Below, piece by piece: positions 26,157 through 35,808 of a stretch of DNA of 58,819 bases. The translations under genes were made by a program, and so were the position numbers. The notes under the pieces are model-generated. The model was not told the DNA's origin. It did not search any database and saw only the letters and a program-made list of their open reading frames with translations. Within the stretch, counting starts at the first letter, position 1. Each line of letters starts with the position of its first letter. This stretch comes from a bacterium (lineage in GTDB: Bacteria; Elusimicrobiota; JBDRMW01): assembly GCA_043811735.1 (NCBI GenBank), contig JBDRMW010000129.1:1-58819 (forward strand), in the 5' to 3' direction.

Positions 26157-27608
26157 TTATAAATACGGCGTCAGCAGCCGGGCAAGATTGTTTCTGATCT
26201 GTACAAGAAGCGGCCATTTGTGAAAATCATCCAGCATAAGCTGTTTTGAAAACATTTTTTTGTGCTCAAAAATCTTTATCAAATTATTTGCTAACATCGG
26301 TGAATAGCATTCAATATTAAATTCAAAATTCAAGCGGAGACTGCGGGGATCCCAGTTGCTTGATCCGATAAAACTCCAGGTATCATCAACAACCATCATT
26401 TTTGTGTGATCAAACGGCGGCGGATTAAACCATATACGGCATCCGTGCTCAAGCAAATACCCCACATGTGCAAGTGCTGCCCAGTTCACCAGCCGAAGGT
26501 TGTTAACCTGCGGCAGCATAATATCAACAGTAACACCGCGCATAGCCGCAATCGTCAGCACACTCATTAATTCTGATTCGGGAAGAAAATACGGAGTAAT
26601 AATCCGAACCGTATGCTGTGCACATGTTAACGCGCTTAAGATTACCGTTAAATGCTTATCTTTGTCTTCATCAGGGCCGTCGGTAATTCCCCGGGCATTC
26701 ACTGCACCCACATCAGAGAGGGCAGGAAACCACTTTTCGCCTTCTAATACTTCATGTGCCGCAAATACCCAGTCTTCAGCAAACGCCTCTTGCAGATGAC
26801 TGACTACCGGACCTTTAATTTGAAAATGCAGATCCTGAACCGGATGACGATAATCATTTTTTATTATATTAGCCTGCCCGATATTCATGCCGCCCGTAAA
26901 CCCAGCTTTGCCGTCAACAACAAGGATCTTTCGATGATTGCGAAGATTCATATACTGTGTGGGGAACGGAAGATAAGTCGGTATAAACTGTGCTGTTTTA
27001 ATCTCCATCCTCTTTAATAATCCAATGATTGTTGGAAAAGAATACCTGGATCCAACATGGTCAATCAACACGCGGATTTCGACACCCCGCTTTAGCGCAT
27101 TACCCAACGCATCCGTAAACAGTTTTCCTGCATAATCATGTTGAAAGATATACGTTGCAAGGGTGATTGACGATTTGGCATTATTGATGGCATTGATCAT
27201 TGCCGGGTATGCTTCATCACCGTTCTGCAAAGGGATAATCTCATTACCGCAGACCAGACGGCGTTTAGCTATACTATTCACGGCCGAATAAAGCATGAGA
27301 AGATGCAGAGAATTGTCAGGGAGCATTGTTATTAATTCTTCTTTCGAACACTGCCGGGTATGGGTTAATAAATACTCGCGAATTCTTCTGCCCCGCAGGC
27401 TCGATGCTTTGCGTTTGATACGGTTTATACCGAACAACATGTATAATAACGAGCCGATAACAGGAAACATAAGTATTATTCCTGTCCATCCGATTGCCGC
27501 GCGCGTATCGTTTTTATTCAATATAACATGACTGACAGCAGTAACCGTTATAAACAGCATTATAACGGCAATGATATGAGTCTGGAAGTAGACAAAAAAT
27601 TCAATCAT
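26157..27608 (-). CDS. cls: Cardiolipin synthase (phospholipase D family)
   Basis: Two N-terminal TM helices and two HKD motifs (HRKILVVDG...GGMN and HTKMMVVDD...GSSN). Confidence 0.9.
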   Translation of the reverse strand: MIEFFVYFQTHIIAVIMLFITVTAVSHVILNKNDTRAAIGWTGIILMFPVIGSLLYMLFGINRIKRKASSLRGRRIREYLLTHTRQCSKEELITMLPDNSLHLLMLYSAVNSIAKRRLVCGNEIIPLQNGDEAYPAMINAINNAKSSITLATYIFQHDYAGKLFTDALGNALKRGVEIRVLIDHVGSRYSFPTIIGLLKRMEIKTAQFIPTYLPFPTQYMNLRNHRKILVVDGKAGFTGGMNIGQANIIKNDYRHPVQDLHFQIKGPVVSHLQEAFAEDWVFAAHEVLEGEKWFPALSDVGAVNARGITDGPDEDKDKHLTVILSALTCAQHTVRIITPYFLPESELMSVLTIAAMRGVTVDIMLPQVNNLRLVNWAALAHVGYLLEHGCRIWFNPPPFDHTKMMVVDDTWSFIGSSNWDPRSLRLNFEFNIECYSPMLANNLIKIFEHKKMFSKQLMLDDFHKWPLLVQIRNNLARLLTPYL

Positions 27609-27663
27609 AATTATCCTTCAGCTTTTATTGATGATATTTTTATTCATGATTTTTTATTCGTGC

Positions 27664-29043
27664 CTATCGGCTGAACAAAGGGACTGCAATAACAGCGCCG
27701 AATGCAGCAAACATGCTTATCAATCCAATAATAATCCCCAGCTTGAACCATTCAAAGAAATAAACTTTTGCCTTACCTTCCTTTTCAAGAAGTCCCAATG
27801 CAATAATATTTGCGGTTGAACCAATAATAGTGATATTGCCTCCGTAACAGGCTCCGAACAGGATACACCACCATAATGTTTTAAGTTCAGCCTGCGCTAC
27901 ATGAAGACTTTTAATAATAGGTGTAAATGCAGCAACCACTACGGTATTATCAAGTATGCTCGATAAAATACCCGAAGAAAAAAGCATCATACCTGAAAGC
28001 AGATTATGCCGCGCACCCATAGTGCTTAAAAATTTATTTGCTATAAATTCTGCTATGCCGGATGCCTGGATAACTCCTGCTTCCGCAAAAAGAAACATAA
28101 AAAAAAGCAAAGAATTCCATTCAACTTCTTTTTCAACATATTGACGCGCTTTATCGTGACGATATGCCATGGCAATACCCGCAAAAAATAAGGGCATAAC
28201 TATTAATAACGTATTGTCCTGCAGGCCGAACAGTATTTCTAATCTTTTGTGCATGGTAATGCCCAGCAGCGTTAATCCAAAAATACCCAGGCTTACTTTT
28301 GTCTTAAAATTAATAGATTCGCTTTCGTAATTTGTAGCTGAATAGTTTATATGTTTAATCTTTGAAGATATCTCCTGAATATATGTACGGTACCATATGA
28401 TAAGTATCAATGAACTCAGAAACAATATGATACATGAAAGGGGAAGTGCCCCGATCAAAAAATCTTCAAACGACAGGCCGCCCCGGATTGCAATGAATAT
28501 CCCGATAGGATTCCCCAACAATGTCGCTGCAGAGCCGATATTGGTCGCCATAATTGAAGAGATAATTAAGGGAACCGGATTAACCGACAGCGCTGTGCAC
28601 AAATCAAATATGATGGTTACAATAACCAGTATTGAGGTAACTTCACCCATCAATGCGGAAAGTACCGCTGATATCAACATAATTATGACAAATATCTTCC
28701 ATCCCGAGATGTTTTTTATGGAGAGAATTGATGAAGAAAGACGGTGAAATATACCGGTTTCTTTCATCATGCCGACAATGATCATCATACCCACCAGAAA
28801 AAGGATAACATCCAGCGAAGAAAACCTGATAAACTCATCCATGGTAATGCTTTTATTCATAAAAAGGATTGCCGAACCGCAGAAAACAAAACTTAACCGC
28901 ATATCCCAGAAAAAAAGAGTCCCCAAAATTGAACATGAAAATACAGATGCAATAACTGCCTGGTGAACAGTCATACCGATATACTGAGAAAGCATTCCTA
29001 TGCCGGCTGATAAAAAAAGAAGAACAATTAATTTTTTCTTCAT
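27664..29043 (-). CDS. ArsB/NhaD-superfamily (CitMHS-type) anion permease
   Basis: About 12 TM helices. GNPIGIFIA and GGNITIIGSTANIIALG motifs are typical of this permease superfamily. Substrate not inferable. Confidence 0.7.
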   Translation of the reverse strand: MKKKLIVLLFLSAGIGMLSQYIGMTVHQAVIASVFSCSILGTLFFWDMRLSFVFCGSAILFMNKSITMDEFIRFSSLDVILFLVGMMIIVGMMKETGIFHRLSSSILSIKNISGWKIFVIIMLISAVLSALMGEVTSILVIVTIIFDLCTALSVNPVPLIISSIMATNIGSAATLLGNPIGIFIAIRGGLSFEDFLIGALPLSCIILFLSSLILIIWYRTYIQEISSKIKHINYSATNYESESINFKTKVSLGIFGLTLLGITMHKRLEILFGLQDNTLLIVMPLFFAGIAMAYRHDKARQYVEKEVEWNSLLFFMFLFAEAGVIQASGIAEFIANKFLSTMGARHNLLSGMMLFSSGILSSILDNTVVVAAFTPIIKSLHVAQAELKTLWWCILFGACYGGNITIIGSTANIIALGLLEKEGKAKVYFFEWFKLGIIIGLISMFAAFGAVIAVPLFSR

Positions 29044-29077
29044 AATTACCGCCTCTGTTTTTATACTATTGCTTGAG

Positions 29078-29926
29078 TTAGAAATAAAAATGCACGCCGG
29101 TTCCGATATATTCTATTTTTCGGTCAAAAAACTGCCCGTTTGGCGAGTGCCCGGTAAAATACTCAATAAGCAGCTGTATCTTTCTTTCATCAAGTTTCGG
29201 ATTTTCAAATTGGAATCCAAAATGAAGAGAACTATCCGTACTCCATTCTACCTCCTGCCACTGTTTAAAATCAGCTCCGATCACCGGGCGTAATTTTCCA
29301 TTAACATATATACAGGGGCATTGGTATTCAATACCATAATGCAGCAACCATGGTTTAAGATCCTGCGGTTCTTTATGGAATATATATCCGCTGCCCGCAT
29401 ATATTCTGAAAGCATTTTTGATAACGTACGATGTTTTTAAATCAATACTTTCATAACTTAAGTTAATCCGTTCAACACGATTCCTTAAAAGAAATTCATC
29501 TCCCAGGTGCGAACTTTGATGAAAGACGCGGACTTGCATGGACATTTGATCATACGCATAACTAATCGGGATGCCAACAAAATAATCAGCATTGACCAGA
29601 TCTTTTGACGGCGCATCTAAATTAAAAACAGCAAAAACAGCGCCCTGGATGCCGATATCATATTTTCCATAAAATGCATTACTTTGGATAAAATTGAATA
29701 TCTCCCCAAAACTTACCGAAGCCACATCAGCCAGTTCGTCATCATCAATATAACGTTGATATGCCATGGAAAAATGCGGCCAGCGCGGATCAGCTATTAA
29801 AGGTTTGAATATGCCCTCAGGCGGGAATAATTCTATAGAAAAAACCGGCGGCACACCAAATAGAAACAGCATAAATCCACATAAAAATATCTTTTTGAAA
29901 TAATACACAATAACTTTATATACCAT
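29078..29926 (-). CDS. DUF1207-family outer-membrane protein
   Basis: Signal peptide, then LFPPEGIFKPLIADPRWPHFSMAY, characteristic of DUF1207. Beta-rich, ends in F. Confidence 0.7.
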   Translation of the reverse strand: MVYKVIVYYFKKIFLCGFMLFLFGVPPVFSIELFPPEGIFKPLIADPRWPHFSMAYQRYIDDDELADVASVSFGEIFNFIQSNAFYGKYDIGIQGAVFAVFNLDAPSKDLVNADYFVGIPISYAYDQMSMQVRVFHQSSHLGDEFLLRNRVERINLSYESIDLKTSYVIKNAFRIYAGSGYIFHKEPQDLKPWLLHYGIEYQCPCIYVNGKLRPVIGADFKQWQEVEWSTDSSLHFGFQFENPKLDERKIQLLIEYFTGHSPNGQFFDRKIEYIGTGVHFYF

Positions 29927-30019
29927 TTATAATACCTTAAAATATTTTTTTAATCATGTTTGCCGATTATATTTCTACTCATACTAATTTTATTTTCTCG
30001 TACTTTTATTCACCGTAAG

Positions 30020-30244
30020 TTAATTGCTAATTTTCCTTTTGCTTAAATCAAGATTAGGCACAATAATAATCTCCTTATTTTCATATAAAACCTCTGAATT
30101 CTTCTTCCCGAATGCAACTACGGTTAATCCTATAACGAGATCGGATATGTGAAATTTGCGGGCAAGACCAGATGCTCCTTCAACGAGCATATCTGCTCCT
30201 TTAATCAAAATGATGAAACCTGCAATAAATAAAAAAATCAACAT
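30020..30244 (-). pseudogene. Truncated remnant of a Ca2+/Na+ antiporter (CaCA, YrbG-like) gene
   Basis: The first about 46 aa (GADMLVEGASGLARKFHISDLVIGLTVVAFG) match the alpha-1 repeat of CaCA transporters. The sequence then diverges and stops after 74 aa. No continuation in any frame. Confidence 0.6.
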
Positions 30245-30309
30245 TTTTGCATTTTAAGGATCTTTATTATTTTTGTGAATAGAAAATATTATAGTATGCT
30301 TTCTATCAA

Positions 30310-30504
30310 TTATTGCTTCCTATGCGATGCGGTAACCCATCCAATTATTACACCGATGACCATTGAAATGAATAAGCCGATTGATCTGCTTGTCTGAAAA
30401 GACCATACAAGAAACTTGATCTCACAAACTTCATAGTTCTGCGCAGTAAAAATAACCAAGATAATAAGAAGAATAATTACTACAAACCATTTCCAGTTCA
30501 TCAC
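30310..30504 (-). CDS. LapA-domain (DUF1049) small inner-membrane protein
   Basis: 64 aa, two TM helices, pattern FTAQN...V.F..W....S...L.....GVIIGW. Confidence 0.65.
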   Translation of the reverse strand: MMNWKWFVVIILLIILVIFTAQNYEVCEIKFLVWSFQTSRSIGLFISMVIGVIIGWVTASHRKQ

Positions 30505-30578
30505 AACCTCCTGAATTTATTTGTTATAACTCTACATACGTATTTAACATATAATGGTGGACCATACGGTACTCTCTC

Positions 30579-33362
30579 TTAAATCTTGTTCTTTAAAATG
30601 CAGACCGGGAATAAGGATAAGGCTTCGGCAATCATAATCCCGTTACTGCTGCTGGCCAGGTACTGTCCGGTTATTGTATTGATCCAGGCTGAGGGTGCTT
30701 CAGGGAGAAGCAGGAGTCTGGTATCCTGCCAGACATCCTGTAATGGTTTTTCATTAGGTTTTATTATGCTGTTGAGCAGGCGGGGAGCGATGATCAGTAT
30801 TGAGCTTTGTTCGTACCTGCGCATATAGGCAGTGATTGAATCTTTGTGCAGTCCTTCAACGTCAATAGGGATATATGACCCTTTTTGAAAAAGCTCAGGG
30901 TTACTATTGCGCAGGGCAAGTGTTTTATAGATTAAATAAAGTTTGATCCTGCCGTCAGCATACTGCTGATACAACTCGTCAATCAGCAGCGGGATATCCT
31001 GTTCTTTTTTAATTATCTCCTCAAGATATGAGGTACGCAGTGCATAATCAATCCGGCACCGGTTATCCGGATCAACCAGGCTGAAATCCCATAATTCACA
31101 TCCCTGGTAAAAATCAGGCACCCCGGGTACGGTCATCTTTATGAGTGCTTGGGATAGTGAGTTGTGAATGCCGTACCACGCTGCAATCTGCTGAAATTTT
31201 TTAAGATCCTGCAAAAAATTATTATGCTCATCCTCATGTAAAACCGCATCAACAAATGCGAGATATGCTTCTTCATAAGCTTGATCGGGCTTAATCCAGG
31301 CAGTATGAACTTTTGCTTCACGCACTGCCTTAATAACATACTGCTTGATGCGCTCAACATATCCCTGTTCCTCAACAAACGGCAATGAGCCGATCAGGGT
31401 CTGGTAGAAAAAATATTCGTCATTAGCATCAGGAACAGCCGTATTCTTTATTTTTTTCTTTTTATCTTTGTTGAGCACCTGCCAGTGACGGATCTTTTGT
31501 TCCCATTCATCAGGCAGTTCAGAGAGCACATTAATGCGGGCACGCATATCCTCACCCCGCTTGGTATCATGCGTGGCAGTAGCGTTTAATGTGTGCGGAA
31601 ACAATTCTCTTCTTTTTTTATTAAAATTATGAAAATCTTTAACAGTTATCCCAAACCGGGCAGGATCACCGCCCACTTCGTTTAATGAAATCAACCGGTT
31701 GTAAAGATAAAAAAGCGTATCTTCAAGACCTTTAGCCATGAGGGGGCCGGTCTGCTGCTGGAATATTTTTACAAAATGAAGCCACAACTCCTTGTCAGCT
31801 TCAGGCAAAGAATCATCATACTGCAAAAGCAGGAGATTTTCTATAAAATCAATCTCATGAAAAAGCCCGTATGATTCTTCCCGGGCTTTTTCTATGGCTT
31901 TACGTATGTACATCCGGTCGATCTTACTGAAATTTTTACCGCGTATATAGGTTCGGTATACGGAAAAATGCGTCATCACTTCAACCAGCCCGCGCCGCAG
32001 CCCATACAGCGTGATATCATTGCCGTGCCGGTCTTTGCTTGAAATCTTTTTTATATACTGGGCAAGATTATCAATGTTTCCTGCCATGTGCTTGCCGATG
32101 ATAAGCCTTTTTTTCTCCACCAGTATTTCTTCGTATGATTTATGTATGCTGGAGAAATCAGTGTATATGACGGTACATTTCTCATTGTTTTGACGGCAGC
32201 AAAACAGTTCATTCACAAAATTTAAAAAATCATAGCCGGTCGTTCCCTGTACCGGCCACCTGACTGAGAGATCTTCGCGTAAATCAAGAATTTTCTCAAC
32301 AATAATATACGTATCAGGGAATTGTTCGTGCAGATATGCAAGATATTCGGCAGGATCATACAGCCCGTCAATATGATCGATGCGCAGGCCCTGAATTTTT
32401 CCTGTCGAGACGAGCTGTTTGATATATGCGTGTGTTTTTTCAACAACGGGCCGGTCTTCCACACGCACGGAAATAAGATCATTGACCGTAAAAAACCGCC
32501 GGTAATTAATCTCTTCGGTTGCAACCTTCCAAAAAGAAAGACGGAACCGCTGGCGGGCAATCAGCTCATCGAGCAGGTCAAAACTGTGCGCGATGCCTTT
32601 TTCACCATTATATTCTGTAAGCATCTCATCAACACATGTCCGAATATGTTCATCATTCTGTGATATCTTCCAGAGCATGTGTTTTGCATGGGCAACATGT
32701 TCAAACCGGTTATGCATTTCCCCATTGGTTTCCAATGCTTTAAACAGGTTGACGGCACCGATATACTGCAGGACCAACGGGTGATTTTTTCCTATTTTTT
32801 CTTCAAGCTTGGGTACCGCATGCTCAAATACACGGTGATATGATTCAATCTTTACGGGAAGATGCATCTCATAATAATTAATGGATAAACTCTCATGCTC
32901 ATACCGCAGAGATATTTCTCCCTGCTCAAGGCATTCAGCATAAAATTTCCCTAAACACGGTATCAAAACCCTGCCATGCATGTTTTCATACGGATGATTC
33001 CAGTCAATATCAAAAAATCGGTAATAAGGAGATTGTTCGCCGTATTCAAGGATATTCATCAGCATCGTGTTTTCAGAATCACATGCCATATGATTGGGCA
33101 CAATGTCCTGGATCCATGAGATGCCGTGATTTCGTAATTCTTCAGTAAGCATATCAAAATCAGGTATTCCTAATTCGGGGTTAAGGGCGCTGAGGTCAAC
33201 AATGTCATATCCATGCATACTTTTCTTTCGTGCCTTAAATATCGGCGAAGCATATATGTGCGAGATGCCCAGGAGTTTAAGATAAGGAACTATTTTTTTT
33301 GCCTGCGCAAAAGTAAACTGATAATTAAATTGAACACGGTACGTTGCCTTAGGAATTATCAT
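30579..33362 (-). CDS. treY: Malto-oligosyltrehalose synthase
   Basis: ATYRVQFNYQFTF...LGISHIYASPIFKARKKSMHGYD, GLRIDHIDGL, ATATHDTKRGED, length 927 aa. Confidence 0.9.
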   Translation of the reverse strand: MIIPKATYRVQFNYQFTFAQAKKIVPYLKLLGISHIYASPIFKARKKSMHGYDIVDLSALNPELGIPDFDMLTEELRNHGISWIQDIVPNHMACDSENTMLMNILEYGEQSPYYRFFDIDWNHPYENMHGRVLIPCLGKFYAECLEQGEISLRYEHESLSINYYEMHLPVKIESYHRVFEHAVPKLEEKIGKNHPLVLQYIGAVNLFKALETNGEMHNRFEHVAHAKHMLWKISQNDEHIRTCVDEMLTEYNGEKGIAHSFDLLDELIARQRFRLSFWKVATEEINYRRFFTVNDLISVRVEDRPVVEKTHAYIKQLVSTGKIQGLRIDHIDGLYDPAEYLAYLHEQFPDTYIIVEKILDLREDLSVRWPVQGTTGYDFLNFVNELFCCRQNNEKCTVIYTDFSSIHKSYEEILVEKKRLIIGKHMAGNIDNLAQYIKKISSKDRHGNDITLYGLRRGLVEVMTHFSVYRTYIRGKNFSKIDRMYIRKAIEKAREESYGLFHEIDFIENLLLLQYDDSLPEADKELWLHFVKIFQQQTGPLMAKGLEDTLFYLYNRLISLNEVGGDPARFGITVKDFHNFNKKRRELFPHTLNATATHDTKRGEDMRARINVLSELPDEWEQKIRHWQVLNKDKKKKIKNTAVPDANDEYFFYQTLIGSLPFVEEQGYVERIKQYVIKAVREAKVHTAWIKPDQAYEEAYLAFVDAVLHEDEHNNFLQDLKKFQQIAAWYGIHNSLSQALIKMTVPGVPDFYQGCELWDFSLVDPDNRCRIDYALRTSYLEEIIKKEQDIPLLIDELYQQYADGRIKLYLIYKTLALRNSNPELFQKGSYIPIDVEGLHKDSITAYMRRYEQSSILIIAPRLLNSIIKPNEKPLQDVWQDTRLLLLPEAPSAWINTITGQYLASSSNGIMIAEALSLFPVCILKNKI

Positions 33363-33380
33363 GGTTAGATGGTTATTTGA

Positions 33381-35807
33381 TTACATTTTAATCTTTAAAT
33401 ATCCGCCTAATTCATAAAAAAGCGCAAGCCACTGCTGTGATGCCGGATCATTGCTGTTTTGCTTTTCTTTCATGGCAGATAGTATATTTTTGCCGGTAAA
33501 AAAATAAATATTCTGCGCTTTCCATAACCGATAATCAGACACAAAACTGCTGCACATGGTCATGATCCGCACGACATGCGCAAGTGTCTCAATATGTTCG
33601 GGTGCATTGCGCCAGTGATCCATTAAATCATTAATTTTTTTGCTGGCCAGGTAATCTATGATTTCCCGGTTAAGATTAATATGCCATTGCCGGCTGTTAA
33701 TCAATAACTGCTCGAGCTTATCATACTTAATAACGGGTTCTTTGAGCAGATGCTGAATATCCGTGTTATACACGTACTCAAGCACATACGAAAAATATTC
33801 AGGCAAAATCAAACGCATAGAGCTCACCGCCTGCATAACCGGATAATAATGATGGTAAATATTTCTAAACGAAGCATCAATTTCTTTCTGAGTTTCTTTA
33901 AATATCTGGTCCATAATCTCTTTTTGCTCATCTTTAAAGAGATGCAGCAGCGAATAGCTGTGATCTACAAAATGCTTATCGATGATCCGAATCACTTCGG
34001 ATGTTTCTCCTTTGGCAAAAAGCTCCTGTATGGTTTTTTCCATCTCTGAATACTTATCATCATTCATAAATTCCCGGGCACCGCCGACAATGGTATGATC
34101 GCCTAAATGAAGCACCGCAAAACTGATATCTTTTTCTTCGCCGGTTATGTGCGATAACACGCGCACTGAACCGATCCCTAATTTCTGCCTGCCGATCTCT
34201 TCTTTGTGGAAATATCTGGTTGAAACTGAATAATTATAAATCTCCGCCTCTTTGTTGTATTCTTTAAAAATTGATGAAACCGCGTAATGGACACCCACCC
34301 TGAGCAAATCCAAAACCGCCGGTTTTACAAACATGTCATAAATCTGCGACCCGTTTTTGAACTCCGCCACATTACTGGGTGAACGTTCGAGTAATTTTTT
34401 AAACGCATCTTCAAGAGATATGCCTGAGACTTCTTCAACCAGCTGAATGACCCGGGACGCATACTGGATAATCTGGGTAGTTTCTATACCTGATATTTCA
34501 TCAAAAAACCATCCGCAGCTGGTATACATAAGCATCGCATGACGCTGCATTTCAAGAAGTTTTAATATTTTGATCTTATCTTCTGGGAGAAGTTCCCGCT
34601 GGCTGTGTTCTTTTAAAAACCATGCTACCGTGTCAGGAGAACGGTTAAGGATAACCTGAATATACTGATCGCGCATCTGCCAGGGGTCTTTAACCAGAGG
34701 AGTCATCTGCTCTTCATAAATCACCGATGCATTATCCCTCAGCCAGTCAAGCGCACCGCGCAGCGGGCTGCGCCATTCCTGCTGCCATCCGGGTTTCATT
34801 CCTGAACTGCATCCGCAGTTTGAACGCCAGCGTTCAATGCCGTGCACACAGCTCCAGGATGAGTTCTCGAAAATATCAACCTCATATTGCGGCGGATTTT
34901 TTTCAAGGTACTCGGCATAAATCGTTATACGGGCAGTGTTTTTTGATTCTATGTAATACAAACAATATGCCAATGCCATATCTCCAAACCGGTGGTGATG
35001 GCCGTAGGTTTCGCCGTCGGTTGCGATATGCATTAGCTGTGAAGCGTCTTTTGCATCGGTAAAACCGCTCTCTATATGTTTGGTCAAACCTTCACCGGTT
35101 GAAAGAACATTCGAAAACGCTACATTCTGAGAGATCGGCCCGTCATAAAAAAAGAGCACGATTGATCTGCCGGATGCGAGCTTTAAGAGATACGGCCTTT
35201 TAGGATCAATCCGGGAGTTTGAAACATCACGCCATCTCTTATCATCAATTTTTCTGATGCGTTTTGCCTGCCGTGGCGCTAAAATCGTAAATTTGATCTC
35301 CTGTTCGGCAAGCATATCAAGCGTTTCCAGATCAACCGCGGTTTCAGGCAGCCACATTCCTTCGGGTTTCCGCTGGAACCGGTGTTCAAAATCACGGATA
35401 CCCCAGATAATCTGTGTTTTTTTATCCCGCAAGTTGGCCAGCGGCATAATCATGTGATTATAACACTGCGCCAGAGCAGAACCATGTCCGCTGAAACGTT
35501 CTTTGCTTTTTTTATCAGCTTCCAGAATACCCCAGTGTATGTCCGGCTGGTGTTTCTGAAGCCACGAAAGAAGGGTCGGCCCGAAATTAAAACTTATTTT
35601 TGAGTAGTTGTTTACAATATCTATTATTTTCCGATCATTATCTAAAATACGCGAAGCAGTGTTCGGTGCGTAGCATTCAGCAGTAATGCGTTCATTCCAG
35701 TCATGATACGGATGTGCTGATTCCTGATATTCAATCTGTTCAAGCCAGGGATTCTCCCGGGGCGGCTGATAAAAATGTCCGTGTATGCATACATACCTTT
35801 CCGTCAT
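33381..35807 (-). CDS. Glycoside hydrolase family 57 protein with DUF3536-type C-terminal extension
   Basis: GH57 regions: CIHGHFYQPPRENPW, MWLPETAVD (nucleophile Glu), ATDGETYGHHH (acid/base Asp). Start moved to the ATG at 35807 (GGAGGGG SD, 1 nt after the treZ stop) instead of the track start 35834. Confidence 0.88.
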   Translation of the reverse strand: MTERYVCIHGHFYQPPRENPWLEQIEYQESAHPYHDWNERITAECYAPNTASRILDNDRKIIDIVNNYSKISFNFGPTLLSWLQKHQPDIHWGILEADKKSKERFSGHGSALAQCYNHMIMPLANLRDKKTQIIWGIRDFEHRFQRKPEGMWLPETAVDLETLDMLAEQEIKFTILAPRQAKRIRKIDDKRWRDVSNSRIDPKRPYLLKLASGRSIVLFFYDGPISQNVAFSNVLSTGEGLTKHIESGFTDAKDASQLMHIATDGETYGHHHRFGDMALAYCLYYIESKNTARITIYAEYLEKNPPQYEVDIFENSSWSCVHGIERWRSNCGCSSGMKPGWQQEWRSPLRGALDWLRDNASVIYEEQMTPLVKDPWQMRDQYIQVILNRSPDTVAWFLKEHSQRELLPEDKIKILKLLEMQRHAMLMYTSCGWFFDEISGIETTQIIQYASRVIQLVEEVSGISLEDAFKKLLERSPSNVAEFKNGSQIYDMFVKPAVLDLLRVGVHYAVSSIFKEYNKEAEIYNYSVSTRYFHKEEIGRQKLGIGSVRVLSHITGEEKDISFAVLHLGDHTIVGGAREFMNDDKYSEMEKTIQELFAKGETSEVIRIIDKHFVDHSYSLLHLFKDEQKEIMDQIFKETQKEIDASFRNIYHHYYPVMQAVSSMRLILPEYFSYVLEYVYNTDIQHLLKEPVIKYDKLEQLLINSRQWHINLNREIIDYLASKKINDLMDHWRNAPEHIETLAHVVRIMTMCSSFVSDYRLWKAQNIYFFTGKNILSAMKEKQNSNDPASQQWLALFYELGGYLKIKM

Positions 35808-35808
35808 A

